A stretch of DNA of 64,000 bases from Octopus sinensis (GCF_006345805.1 NC_043007.1:50902001-50966000); one strand, 5' to 3'; shown: positions 26,462 through 40,200, counted from the stretch's first letter. Program-made: numbers and translations. The notes: generated from the sequence alone by a model not told the origin.

Positions 26462-26635
26462 GGGAGAATTCACAAAAAAGCCGAAGTCAGGTGGTGTAGA
26501 CAACAAACAGATGTATTAGTTTAACGCTCGGGAAGTGAAAAAGTTTTTAACGTTTCGAGCCTACGCACTTCCACAGAAAAGAACACAGAAAGAAACAGGG
26601 AGAGAAAATAAAGAATGCTAGCGATCTATCATGGC
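26462..26635 (-). mobile_element. Solo Penelope-like pLTR fragment next to (TA)n
   Basis: Homologous to 22438-22640. Confidence 0.7.
26545..26580 (-). ncRNA. Minimal hammerhead-like motif with variant core CUGUGGA
   Basis: UUUU CUGUGGA A GUGC-GUAG-GCUC GAAA CG UU AAAA; one U-U mismatch in stem II. Confidence 0.5.
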
Positions 26636-28245
26636 AAATATATGTGTGTGTATGTATAGCATTTACAAGCTGCAAGTTCAAGTATGATAAACACATAAGC
26701 AGGAAAATTTTAACCCTTGATCCTCTAATGTAGCTCATAAGGAACTATTTTAGGAGTACTGCGAAGTAATTTATTTTGTATTACTTCAAATCGGAATAAA
26801 CCATATCATAAATATTGTTATTCATTCAAAATATCATTAGCAAACACATTTTTCCACTTTGAAACTAGTTTCTGTCTTCTATGGTAAAAAGTCAGGAGCT
26901 TTAGATGAGAAAATATGTTTGGATACCGTTTTGCGGTCGTCTCTGCTTCTGAATGCTTTCCACTGCTAGAGTGTTCAAGTGATCTGAATAAGTGGAAATC
27001 TGGTGCAAGGTTTGGTAAGTAGAGATTATGAGGTATAGGTTCTCAGCAAAGGATTGTACCTTTTCTTGAAATATCTTCAGTGAATGTGGCCAGGCATTAT
27101 AATGTTGCTGGATGACTTCATTTCTGTTGTACACTCTTCCCTTCTCTATACACTTTCCCAATCTGTTTGAAATGGATCTTGCACATCGCTATTGCCATCG
27201 ATTTTACGTGCATTTTTTTCAATGCTTGCATGGGTCTGACGGAATATGTTAAAGGTTGATTTTCTACAACCGGATGCCCTTCATGCCGTCAAACTTCACT
27301 TGTTTCCAAGCAAGGTAATAATCGTCATGATCAGACATAATTTCACGGATGGTTGAAAACGCTTCTGCCAAATACCATAGTACCATCACATCAAACTTTA
27401 ATTCTCAAATTCTTAGACTTCATAATATCGGGATAAATTTTCATAAGACAGAAAAAATATGAACAGTGGCAACCACAGGAGACGAATCAGAATTCAGCAA
27501 ATCCTTCTGGTGTAGTGATATCATGGATGTGTTTACATATGTATATAAATATTTCGCTTGGGCATTGTGAGACTAATGACCTGGTGTAGGCCTCAATATA
27601 CGTATGTTTCAGAACAAAGTTTTAGATGACTATTAACGCTGTCTTCAAGAAAAAATCGACAGTAACTTCCAAGATTTCAGCCTTCATATATAATTCTATT
27701 ATTTTCAATGCAGAGAAATAAATCACCAACAAGAAGGAACACGATATTGATCAGCATGATATTTGCTACAGGAATATAACCAATATTACCTCAAGTTATT
27801 TTCTCGTATTTCCTTTCCTGGTTCCCTGCCATCCACAATTCCAAAATATTTCTTTCAACGGTTGAAAGTTGCCTATTCTGGAGAACTTTTATAAGCGCTT
27901 GTATGGGGAAGAGATGTATGTGTGTGTTTGTATATATGTACGGTTTGGTGTGTGTGTGTGGTTTATGTTTGAACATGTAGTGTGGGCGTTTATGTGTGTG
28001 TGTAGTGTGCTTGTATGTGTGAGTATGTAGCGTCCACTGGGTGTGTGCGTGTGCGTGAGTGTTTGTGCGTGTGTGTGTGTGTGTGCGTGTGCGTGTGCGT
28101 GTGTGTGTGTGTGAACGTGTGTGCGCGCGCGCGTGTGCATGTTGAGAAATCCGCAGTCATCATTTTCCCACTGACTATACTAGTTGAAGTTCCGTTCAAT
28201 TTTTTAAGCTTGAAATATATATTCACTGAATTTTATACATGTTGT

Positions 28246-28845
28246 ACACACACACACACCACACACACACATACTCACACACACGCACACACACACATAC
28301 ACACATATACACCCAGACGCACACTTCAATTTCACAGATATATAATTATATGTACACAGTGCATATATATGACTATGCATGTTATGTATATATATGTGTG
28401 TATATGTATCTGTGTATATGTATGCACACTTACATTTATATACATACACATACTCACAAGTTATATATACTCACACAAACATGCACGCACTCACACAGCC
28501 ATACACACACATCTGTACACGTCAGTCACTTAGACAAACACAGTCAGACATGTTAGTTACAAGACAGCTAACATAACAATCTTGATGATGATCGGCAAAG
28601 TATTTTGTTAAAGTTGTCACCTCAACTGATTCTCTGCTATTTTTATTCCATTCTTACACCAAAAGAACAATTCTTCCTTCACAGACATCTTGTATCAGGT
28701 TCTACACAACTAATGAAATTTACGTGTAATGCACCGATATCGCTTTTCACCACAACACTGCATTTAACTCCAACAAAATTTTGTTCACACCTAATGCAGC
28801 AAGCAGTATTTGGTTGCAACATACATACATTCCTGCAAACACACA

Positions 28846-28885
<40 letters not shown>

Positions 28886-29462
28886 TCACACACACGCACA
28901 CACACACATACACACATATACACCCAGACGCACACTTCAATTTCACAGATATATAATTATATGTACACAGTGCATATATATGACTATGCATGTTATGTAT
29001 ATATATGTGTGTATATGTATCTGTGTATATGTATGCACACTTACATTTATATACATACACATACTCACAAGTTTATATATACTCACACAAACATGCACGC
29101 ACTCACACAGCCATACACACACATCTGTACACGTCAGTCACTTAGACAAACACAGTCAGACATGTTAGTTACAAGACAGCTAACATAACAATCTTGATGA
29201 TGATCGGCAAAGTATTTTGTTAAAGTTGTCACCTCAACTGATTCTCTGCTATTTTTATTCCATTCTTACACCAAAAGAACAATTCTTCCTTCACAGACAT
29301 CTTGTATCAGGTTCTACACAACTAATGAAATTTACGTGTAATGCACCGATATCGCTTTTCACCACAACACTGCATTTAACTCCACAAAATTTTGTTCACA
29401 CCTAATGCAGCAAGCAGTATTTGGTTGCAACATACATACATTCCTGCAAACACACACACACA

Positions 29463-29493
<31 letters not shown>

Positions 29494-30098
29494 TACTCAC
29501 ACACACGCACACACACACATACACACATATACACCCAGACGCACACTTCAATTTCACAGATATATAATTATATGTACACAGTGCATATATATGACTATGC
29601 ATGTTATGTATATATATGTGTGTATATGTATCTGTGTATATGTATGCACACTTACATTTATATACATACACATACTCACAAGTTTATATATACTCACACA
29701 AACATGCACGCACTCACACAGCCATACACACACATCTGTACACGTCAGTCACTTAGACAAACACAGTCAGACATGTTAGTTACAAGACAGCTAACATAAC
29801 AATCTTGATGATGATCGGCAAAGTATTTTGTTAAAGTTGTCACCTCAACTGATTCTCTGCTATTTTTATTCCATTCTTACACCAAAAGAACAATTCTTCC
29901 TTCACAGACATCTTGTATCAGGTTCTACACAACTAATGAAATTTACGTGTAATGCACCGATATCGCTTTTCACCACAACACTGCATTTAACTCCAACAAA
30001 ATTTTGTTCACACCTAATGCAGCAAGCAGTATTTGGTTGCAACATACATACATTCCTGCAAACACACACACACACACACACACCACACACACACACAC
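28246..30098. repeat. Tandem triplication of a ~610-bp unit bounded by (CA)n runs
   Basis: Identical ORF starts at 28605, 29217 and 29828 (period 612/611). The copies are nearly identical. Confidence 0.95.
29947..30013 (-). CDS. Candidate 67-nt exon encoding an EGF-like Cys5-Cys6 half module (copies at 28724-28790 and, frameshifted, 29336-29401)
   Basis: cattag|G TGT GAA CAA AAT TTT GTT GGA GTT AAA TGC ... TTA CAC|gtaaat = (x)CEQNFVGVKCSVVVKSDIGALH. The acceptor is modest and the partner exon was not found. Confidence 0.3.
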
Positions 30099-30631
30099 AT
30101 ATGTGCACGTTAGTGCACGCAGAAAATTAATTTAACAAATTGCAATTGAAATTAAGATTATATATTCGGTCGAAGCTTCTGATTTACTCCACCACGAAAT
30201 CCTATCACTTTACATAACTTCACAAACGCACACATACACACACACATACACACACACAAACAATCACATACAAACTCACGCAGACGAGTACACACACGCA
30301 CACAGACACAAACATACACAGACAGACGTGTCTAGTAATGAACATGTATCTACTCCACCTTCGACAATGAGTATTCAATTACCCAATCAAATGCATAACA
30401 CACTCGTTATATTGACATGTTAATGGCTGAGTATTCCACAGTCCGGAGCACAACGTAATTTTAAAGTAGACAGAGCCTGACACGGTATGTGATGATGCTT
30501 CATCTGTGAACTCCTGGTAAATTCCTTCCAACAGCTTCTGCGCAGTTTCCTTCTACCCTACTTCACTCACAAAGCACAGAGCAACTGGAAGCTACTGAGA
30601 TAAATTTTGCCTAAAGTTACACATTTTAGGA

Positions 30632-31471
30632 TTGAATCTAGATCACGCTACCCACACCACCTTCAACCCAAAAGACAGGAAAAACAGCGGACGATACAAA
30701 AACTGCTTCCCCCTCACCAACCACATCACCAAGAAGAGAATTACCTCCGACATCGCAACCAACAAAAGAAGCAACATCACCAACATCAAATACAGACCAA
30801 CACCAACACCAGCACCAAGAACAACAACCAAAAAAACAAATAACAATGACGAAAAGACAAATTCTGCCCCTAATACCCCAACAACACAACCACCACACAA
30901 AACAACAACACCTTCTACAAACACATATATATATCCAAACGCTTTGCCTTTACCCTCTTCTGATTCGGACTCGTCGTCCAACGACGAAAGTTCGACGGAA
31001 TGGCAAATAGCCACAGGGGGTAAAAGGAAAAGACCAAAAAAGCCCACCAAACAAGGAAGTAAAGCAGGGAGATATTTAACTCCAGACAGCATCCCCTTAG
31101 AAAAAAAAAAATCAATGACCCCGCAAAACCCCACACACAACTAACAGCAATAGACACGGGCAATAAAAAACTAATGGATTACATTGCATCCAACCCGAAC
31201 ATCTGCGAAGATGACTTTAAGACAAATAACCATACGCGCACCACTCCACCGAAACACAAGAATTTTACACATAACACAAACACAACACCATACACTGAAA
31301 ACCATATTTCCAAATGCAGTAGGAGGGTTTCAAAAATACCTCTCCAAAAAACTATTCAAACACCTCCTCAAAGACACTACAAAAGATGAAGAAAAAACTG
31401 AAACTTTCAAAATGGGTAAGTGGCCTTCCCTCTTGCCTCTTGTCTCTTCCAATGTAGTGTGTGAAACATAA
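30632..31471 (+). pseudogene. A/C-rich ORF1-like remnant upstream of the Tx1-like ORF2
   Basis: Broken frames with T/N/K-rich low complexity and SSDSDSSSNDESSTEWQIATGGKRKRPKK, in ORF1 position. No intact zinc knuckle or RRM is seen. Confidence 0.4.
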
Positions 31472-31489
31472 ATTCCTTAAACGTCAATT

Positions 31490-34400
31490 ATGCTTAAATT
31501 AGGTTGTGTGAATGCGCGTGGCTTGGCGTAAGCTAGGAAACAAGGTTACCTTCTAAACGACATCAACTCACTGAACGTGGATATAGTAGCTATCAGTGAA
31601 ACCAGACTCAGCAAGCCGCGGGCTCTCGCGTCCATGCTTGGCGATCAATTCGACATTTATTTTTCTCCCTGTCTGCTGAACATGGGTGGTGGAGGCACCG
31701 CGGTACTTTTTCGAAAGAGTCTAAATGTAAAAGTAAGAACAATATTCCTAGACCCGGAGGGTAGGCTGGTTGTCTTGGACGTGGATGGCAGAAATGGGTG
31801 TGCATTCCGACTGATGGCAGTTTATGCACCGTCCTTAACGGGTCGGGCGGATTTCTTCAGACGTCTAGAGTTTTTCCTGGGTACGTCTAGACCTTTACTG
31901 TTAGTAGGGGATTGGAACGCTACATTGGACACTCATATAGATTATGTGGGAATGGATAGGAATAGAAGGGGGTGTAAGTGCCTCAAAGACCTACTCAGAC
32001 GTTTCCATTTGTCTGACAGATTCCGACTCGACCATCCGAACGTGCCAACGTGGAATTGGACAAACCGCGCCGGATCGTCGAGATCTTATCTAGATAGAAT
32101 TCTATGCAGGACAGCGGATAGGGATAGTGTAGGATGTCCACAATTTAAAATAGTCAGCTACACAGATCACAAATTTGTGACGTGTGAGCTCGACTTAGAT
32201 AAGACACATAGACAGGGTCCCGGTTACTGGAAACTGAACACGTCGCTCTTAGCACGACAGGTTTACAGGAACCGGATTAGCGAGTTAATTAAGAGGGCGC
32301 TGACGGGAGCCGTCGTTAACAACCGCTGGTGGTTCGCCCTGAAAATGGCAATAAAATCGGAATCAATTAGGTTTAGCAAGGAATTAGCGATAGATCGAAA
32401 TAGAGTAGAGGGAGACCTGGTTAAGAAACTAGAAGAGGCACTTACCACTGGCAGCGTGCTGGCTGCGAGGATGGCCCTCGACCAACACCTCAACGCCAAG
32501 CAGGTTGCGTCGTCAGAGCTAAAATGGGTGCCTTAAGGAACGAAGGGATCGAAGCTGCGCGAGAGGCCCGGGTAGCAGAGGCACAGCATGGCAACAGAGC
32601 CACCATTCGGTCTCTAATAGATCAACAGGGATACAGTTTACTCGAATCCGAAAAGATGTGTGAGGCCTTTCAACAGCACTTTGCTCGACTGTTTGGTGCG
32701 AGTGGTGGGTCGGAACGCGGGATGGATCTCAGTGCCTACCTGACCGACCTGCCGCGGCTCTCGGCAAGAGAAGCGGAGTGTTGTGAAAGTCCCATCACAG
32801 CCGCTGACGTGCGCGATGGGATAAGTCGCCTGGTTTGGATGGTTTACCCTACGAGCTGTATTGTCAAATGCCAGACTTGTTTGGCGACCTCTTGGCATCA
32901 GTCTACTGCAACTGGCAACAAAACGGGAGAATCCCCGGTTTCGTGAGCCGAGGTGCAGTGACGTTGCTGAAGAAAGACCCAAACAAGGGGAATTTTATAG
33001 ATAATTTCAAGCCCATCTCTCTGCTCAACGCAGATTTGAAAATTTTGGCCAAAGTAATAGCCGAGATGTTGGCGCTTGTCATTGGTAAACTGGTCGACAG
33101 GAAGCAAACATGCGCCGTGCCGGGCAGAACCATACATGACAACCTCCATCTGATGCGCTACATTATGGACAGGGTAGTTAAGGATCCTGGCATGGGTGGG
33201 GCGCTGATCAATTTGGATCAGTCTAAAGCCTTCGATAGGGTCGACCATCGGTACTTGGCGGCCGTCCTCAGGGCGGCTGGCTTCGGTCCCGTCTTCCGCG
33301 GTTGGATCGCTGCCTTGTATAGCGGCATCCGATCGGTGATTCGGGTGAACGGTCACCTGTCGAACCCGTTTGACATCACGCGTTCGGTCCGTCAGGGGTG
33401 TCCCCTGTCGGCGCTTCTGTATGTATTGACTCTCGAGCCGCTACTGCGGAAGCTGGCGACACTGAGGGGCATCCCACGGGAACTGGGTTGCGGGACGAGC
33501 GTGTCGGCATATGCGGACGATGTCACCGTCATAGTGTCGAGTGAAAAACACATCCAGATGATAGGCGAGACACTAAGAAAATACGAAAGGGTGACGGGAG
33601 CGAAGATTAACCCGGAAAAGTCAGTGGGTTTGCTACTCGGCACCTGGAGAAGCAAGCCCATGCCGTCCGACTGCGGCTCAGTAGTGGGACGCTGGACGGA
33701 CGGACCGGTTAAATTACTCGGGGTCTGGTTCAGTCCGGATCTCCAAATGGATAAGAACTGGGACGAGATCACGAGTAGAGTGGTCGCTCTCAGCCAAACA
33801 TGGGCCGAAAGAAAGCTGTCCCTAAAAGGTCGGGCGGAGGTGGCGAACGCGTACATCGCATCCGTCATCGATTACCGCCTGACCGTCGTGCCCTGTCCCG
33901 ACGCCACCATCACCAAACTGGAACGCATACTCTTCCGCTTCCTGTGGAAGGGTGGCGTTCCAATGGTGAGGAGGTCCATTTGCTGTCAATATTCGTTGAA
34001 TGGAGGACTAGGCATGCCGTGGTTGATGATGCGTAGGCATGCGCTGAGACTGCGACATCTCCGGAACTTCATCGATGACGGTGAACAGGTGTGGGCGCCC
34101 TTTGTGAAGCGCGCCTTCCCGCAACTCGTCACACTGACCGAACTGCAAACGTGGATCAGGAAGAGACCGAAACTGGGCGATTGGCACCGAGAGTGTCGCC
34201 AAGCTCTACAGCAACTCTGCCGACCGGGGTCAAACTTGTGCAACTTACAAACGACTAAAGCGTTCTATAGAGAACTAGTGGAGGGGAGGTCCGACGACAC
34301 ACTCGGGGCAAACCTAGGCGTGGACGAGAAATTCCTAACCCGCCTGTTCAGGACAACGTTCGGGCCGGGGCCTATGGATAACTCCCAGAAATCCCTGGCT

Positions 34401-34898
34401 TGGCAATGCTATCGAGACGCACTACCTGTTCGAGAGAAGAGCTACAGGCACGGTTCGAAAACCATCACCGGACCGACCTGCCCGAGATGCGGTCAGAGCG
34501 ACGAAACCGTTCTGCACGCACTCGTGCAGTGTCCAGATATTTCAGAGCTGTGGACCTTCGTCGAACAGCTGTTGTCGCGTGTAGGACGAGCCCGCTTATC
34601 GGCCGAGTCTATCGTGAATATTGCTCCACCACCTTCCTTTAAACGGGAAGGGAAAACGGTTTTCGTTACGCTGATGGCTATGGCGAAAGAATGTGTGTGC
34701 TGGACGCGTTTGAAAGGACTGCAAACAAACACCTTCCTCTCTGGTCAGTCTCTCGTCAACCTTTTCAAGTACCACTTGAAAAGGAGGATGAAAATAGAGA
34801 GGAAGGCTTTGTCGAACGAATGTTTTAATAAAAAGTGGGTAAAAGTGGCAAAAATGGTCAGTATGAAAGACAAGACTATTTTAAGCGTAAATCTGTGA
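31490..34898 (+). pseudogene. Tx1-like ORF2 (APE endonuclease, reverse transcriptase, CCHC finger) with one early stop and two frameshifts
   Basis: MLKLGCVNARGL, IVAISET, VGDWN, YLDRIL, TDH, GPGYWKLN; KSPGLDGLP, FKPISLLN, LDQSKAFDRVDH, QGCPLS, YADD, KLLGV; CPRCGQSDETVLHALVQC. Frame changes occur near 32510 and 32820. Confidence 0.95.
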
Positions 34899-35184
34899 CC
34901 AAAAGAGACAACGAGAGGTAAGGCGACTTACTCATGTGTTCATTTTCGAACTGTCTGAGGTGACCTTGGTCTTTTTTGTAGGTTTTTCTTTCCAGGGCTA
35001 CACCTAAAGTGTAAACTTTATTTATATATTATATTTTTATACACCACATAACCCACAGATCCCTATTGATCGAACGTTTCTTTTTCTTTGTGTCCCACCC
35101 ATCCCACCTCGAAAAGAAAAAACTCTACATTGTATTTCGTCCATTTTTATTCTGTGTTTAGCCCTGTGTGGCCACAATAAAAAG

Positions 35185-35185
<1 letters not shown>

Positions 35186-35229
<44 letters not shown>
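35186..35229. repeat. (ATCT)n joining Tx1 copy 1 to copy 2
   Basis: Direct reading of the sequence. Confidence 0.95.
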
Positions 35230-36732
35230 GAGATAACGAGTAGGGTGGTCACTCTCGCCCAGCAATGGGCCGAGTGGAAACTGTCCCTAAAAGGTCGGGT
35301 GGAGGTGGCGAACACGTACATCGCGTCTATCATCTACTACCGCCTGACCGTCGTACCTTGTCCCGACCCTACCATCACCAAACTAGAACCCATTCTCTTC
35401 CGCTTCTTGTGGAAAGGATGCGTCCCGATGGTCAGGCGATCCATTTGCTGTCAACACCCGTTAAAAGGAGGGCTGGGCATGCCGTGGTTGATGATGCGCA
35501 GACACGCGCTGAGACTGCGACATCTCCGGCTCTATGTAGACGACGGTGAACAGGTGTGGTCGCCGTTTGTGAAGCACGCATTCCCGCAACTCGTCTCCAT
35601 GACCGAACTGCAGTCGTGGATCAAAAAGAGGCCGAGGAAGGGCGAATGGCACCGCGAGTGTCGCGTTGCTCTCAAGCAACTCTGCCGTCCCGGGTCGACC
35701 TTGAGTGACTTCAACACAACCAAAGCATTCTATAGGGGATTAGTGTAGGGGAGGTACGACGACGATCTCGGGGCAAACCTGGGCGTCGACGAGGAATACC
35801 TGACCCGCCTGTTTCAAACGACTTTCGGCCCGGGACCTATGGACAACTTCCAGAGATCCCTGGCCTGGCGGTGCTACCGAGAAGCGCTACCCGTTCGGGA
35901 TAAGCTCTATAGGCATGGCTCGAGAAACACGGGGCCGACCTGCCCGAGATGCGGGCAGAGCGACGAAACCGCTCTGCACGCAATCGTGCAGTGTCCAGCA
36001 ATTTCCAACCTGTGGGCTTATGACGAACGACTGCTGTCACGTGTGGGACGTGTCGGTTTATCAGCCGAGTCTATCGTTAATTGTCACGCCTCCCTCCTTC
36101 AAACGGGAAGGAAGAGCTATTTTTATCATACTTGTGGCTATAGCGAAAGAATGTACCTGGTGGACGCGCCTGAAAGGATTAGAGACAAACACTTTCCTCT
36201 CTGGTCAATCTCTCATCAACTTCTTCAAGTATCACTTGAAGAGGAAAGTGAGAGTAGAGAGGCAAGTTCTGTCTAGTGAATGTTTTAAAAAAAGATGGGT
36301 GAATGTAGCAAGGATGGCACGTATGAATGACGAAGCCACCTTGACTATGATTCTATGAACCGTAAAAATTAATACAGAGAGTTGCTTATTTGCAAAAAAA
36401 AAAAAAAGAAATATAACATGTGACTTCATTGACCGAGGTTACCGTGGTCTTTTCCGTAGGCTTTTCTTTCCACGGGTAAACCTCACCTGTCCTCCTCTTT
36501 ACACTTCTTATTGACATTTCTGTGATTACGATCCCTATTGATCAACTTTTTTTTCCTCTCCCCTTTTCTCCCCCCCCCTTTTTAAATCCTCCCCTATTTT
36601 TGTCCTCTTTCTTTCCTTTTACGATCCCTTTTGATCGAAAACCAAACCCCCTTCTTTTACCCACAAAAGAAAAGCTCTACCTTGTAATTTTGTCCCGTCT
36701 GTGTGCAGCCCTGTGTGGCTAATAAAGAAACA

Positions 36733-36733
<1 letters not shown>
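35230..36733 (+). mobile_element. Tx1-like LINE copy 2, 5'-truncated, from a different subfamily than copy 1
   Basis: Colinear with 33768-35185 but with many substitutions and a different 3' UTR. ORF pieces at 35245-35748, 35839-36276 and 35915-36358. Confidence 0.92.
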
Positions 36734-36802
<69 letters not shown>

Positions 36803-36831
36803 CCTACCTACCTACCTACCTACCTACCTAC

Positions 36832-36891
<60 letters not shown>

Positions 36892-36895
36892 TTAT
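36734..36895. repeat. (ATCT)n/(ACCT)n tail after Tx1 copy 2
   Basis: Direct reading of the sequence. Confidence 0.95.
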
Positions 36896-37791
36896 CTGTC
36901 TGTCTGTTTGTCTGTATGTCCGTCGGTCTATTTCCCTAACTATCTATCTGCCTACCTGTCTCTTTCTCTCTCTGCATACACACACACATACACACACATG
37001 CGTGCGCGCGCACGCAGACACACACACACACACATACCATGTTAACAATTCCATAGATTTCCGATGACAAAAACTTTGTCAATAGTTATTTTCAATAAAT
37101 TGCTTTGGATAGGAAAACGAGTGGAGCATCACACTACATAACTTGTTCTTTAGTCTTACGAAAATGAAAATCAATGCGACGCCTTCAGCTGACTACTGTG
37201 TCAAGGTTTTCTTTGGTGGTGGTGGTGGTGGTGGTGGGGGGGGGGCTCTTTGTCTCATAATTCGAAAGTTTTATATACATACAGGGGACAAGGATGGTTG
37301 TACGGATGATACAGACCCTTTAGTTATTTCTCTCGTATTTAGATAATAATGTTAATAAACTTTTTATGATAAACTGCTTACTAGTCAATAATCGCAACAA
37401 CGACAGTCATTAACTTTGACAAGTAAACAACAAATAAACGAAACTGATTGTACGACACCTGTATATGTAAGTTAAAAACAATAAACTAAAGTATAATTTG
37501 AAAGATGCTGTACACAATTGTGGGTATTCTCATACAAGCAATGAAGACGGCCATTGCAAATGTAGCTCTAGACAATGTCCCTGACTTATGGGTGCATACA
37601 TATATGCACATGTACATGGTTATATATTATTAATTCTAGTTATCAATGTAATCAACCATGTTTGTAAACAAACAAGTGTAAACTCACATGTTGGCAGAAA
37701 AATGAACGACTGTAAATGCGTATGTATGTGCGTGAAGATATAGAAAATACACCCATAAACTGAAATATAAAGAAATTTTAACTGGGAAATA

Positions 37792-37827
<36 letters not shown>

Positions 37828-37873
37828 CGTGTGTGTGCGCGCGTGCGCGCGCGCGTGTGTGCGTGTATGTGCA

Positions 37874-37921
<48 letters not shown>

Positions 37922-38605
37922 CTCAATAGTAGAGCGGTGCTGGAATAAGTAGTATTCGCACCAAACTAGTTCAGAAACTGAATTACTTCGTTTTGATATC
38001 ACGTTTATGTATATGGTAGTGGCGGTGGGAAGGGGGGAATGTGTTGGGAAAAGGAGAGGTGCAGTAGTTAACAACTTTTGAGAAGCACTCTTTTAAAGGA
38101 AGATGTTGATTGGGACAATCCGACAAGTGTCCAATGAATGATCGTGCCATCCTTAGCTAGTGTTATCATTAGTCCTATATCTTTTAAGTTCAAATTAAAC
38201 TGGAGTCGATTTTGTATTACATCTTAAGAGAGAAAGCCGATTCAAAAATCATGATGCAAACATTTTGTGTGATTAGGAAGGTCATTGCGCTTCCCAACCA
38301 TATTTTTCTGGATTCAGATGTACTGTGTGGCACCTTGAACAGTGTTGGTAGACAGAAACTGAAAGAAGCTCGTCGTATATATATATATTATATTAAATTT
38401 CTAAATATCTCATAGAGATATGTGCTGTGGTGGAGCGATTGAGTGGTTGTATACTGTCAACTTAACGTGACAGTCCCGTAAGGGAATTGCACCACCGCTA
38501 TTTAGCCCTAGGAAGCATCGACGCTTCCTGTCGGCCTTGACACATTTCCTGTGTCCTTATATATTTACGAAGGGGAGACAAACACCCCCAACAGCTAGGC
38601 CTGAA

Positions 38606-38651
38606 TCTAGAGACACGCATGTTTCAGGGTCTTGCCCATCATCAGTCTAGA
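38606..38651 (-). ncRNA. Type I hammerhead ribozyme motif with canonical core, probably in a Penelope-like terminal repeat (about 38420-38675)
   Basis: UCUAGA CUGAUGA U GGG-CAAGA-CCC U GAAA CA-UGCG-UG UC UCUAGA: 6-bp stem I, GUC cleavage triplet. Confidence 0.7.
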
Positions 38652-39844
38652 GCAGCAAGGCCTGTCAAATATTCCGAATTGTTTTTAAAAACTTTTTTTG
38701 TTTTTTGTATGCTAATTCACATAAACCTTAAATGTTTTTTTTTTATACGCTTAGTATACGCTTAAGATATGTTTGTGTATGTGCGTGTATGTGTATGTGT
38801 GTGTGTGCGCGCGCGCGTATATATATATGTCTGTAATATGTATGCGAACGGGCGTGTGGATACTTAGTGAAAGGAGTTTTAACATTAATATGGAAATACG
38901 AGGAAATGCAATTACCCGAAGTATTCAATACAGTTTAGGAGAACGTGTTCATGTACGTCTGAATACATGCATACACACACACACACACACGCACAAATAT
39001 GTACACAAACACACACACTCACACACAAATGTATATATTTATATACAAATACAAACGCATACACACGCCGTTAGGTCTGCACACATAACTACGTGAAGGA
39101 ATCCACATGTGATCATCAATTGATAACTACTTGAATCAATTACCGCCTGGAAATGAAGATAACGCATTTTTTAATTACAGTGGCCGTTTGAAGTTTCGGG
39201 ACGGTAATTACAAGTAGGTAGAGGCTGTTGCTTTTAATGTTGTATAATTAAGTTTGAAATCACACCCTGTTTTACACCACCCACTGTACATAACACACAC
39301 ACACGCATACTTAAAGGCCTTATATACTCACAGGTTTATAAATGCTTGAATGCGTATGTATACATATACATGCTTATAGGTGTTATATATGTTTACAACT
39401 GATGATGGAGTGGGAGGAGAAGAAAAAAGACATCCATTTTTTAGTATCAGCGAGAAATTGATTGAGTACTGTTGCTATGACTACACACAGCATCCAGCAG
39501 ACATTATTACTGTAAAATGAGGATTTAAGGATTGAGTAATAGAGTTAATGCTGGTGGTAATTATAATTCTCATGTTAACTGCACTATTATATAACTGCAT
39601 GTGTGTACCTCATTAGCGCGCACTTATACACAGACGTATGTGTGAGTGAGCGTGCTGGAATCGTGTAGTTTAAATATAGCATTGCCTTTTTTACTTCTTC
39701 ATATATGTATCTAATATTTCATCCTTTAAACACACTAAGTTTTATAAAATAGTATTCAATATACCCGTATGTGATATACCTCTTTATAATATACCCGTAT
39801 ACAATATACCTTACTTTAGAACTTGCAGGGACTCAACAATACTA

Positions 39845-40200
<356 letters not shown>

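Larger units (their letters stand above)
30600..35185 (+). mobile_element. L1-clade (Tx1-like) LINE, copy 1
   Basis: APE + RT + CCHC ORF2, pyrimidine-rich 3' UTR, aataaa, then (ATCT)n. The 5' boundary is uncertain. Confidence 0.9.

Noticed and set aside
26901-27880. 86-aa ORF and neighbouring protein-like frames
   Set aside because: Frames are repeatedly interrupted by stops and cannot be joined in phase with the other candidate exons. I recognise no motif.
31410-31420. Perfect splice donor G|GTAAGT at the ORF1/ORF2 boundary of Tx1 copy 1
   Set aside because: A single hexamer match with no partner acceptor or other evidence; it is expected by chance.
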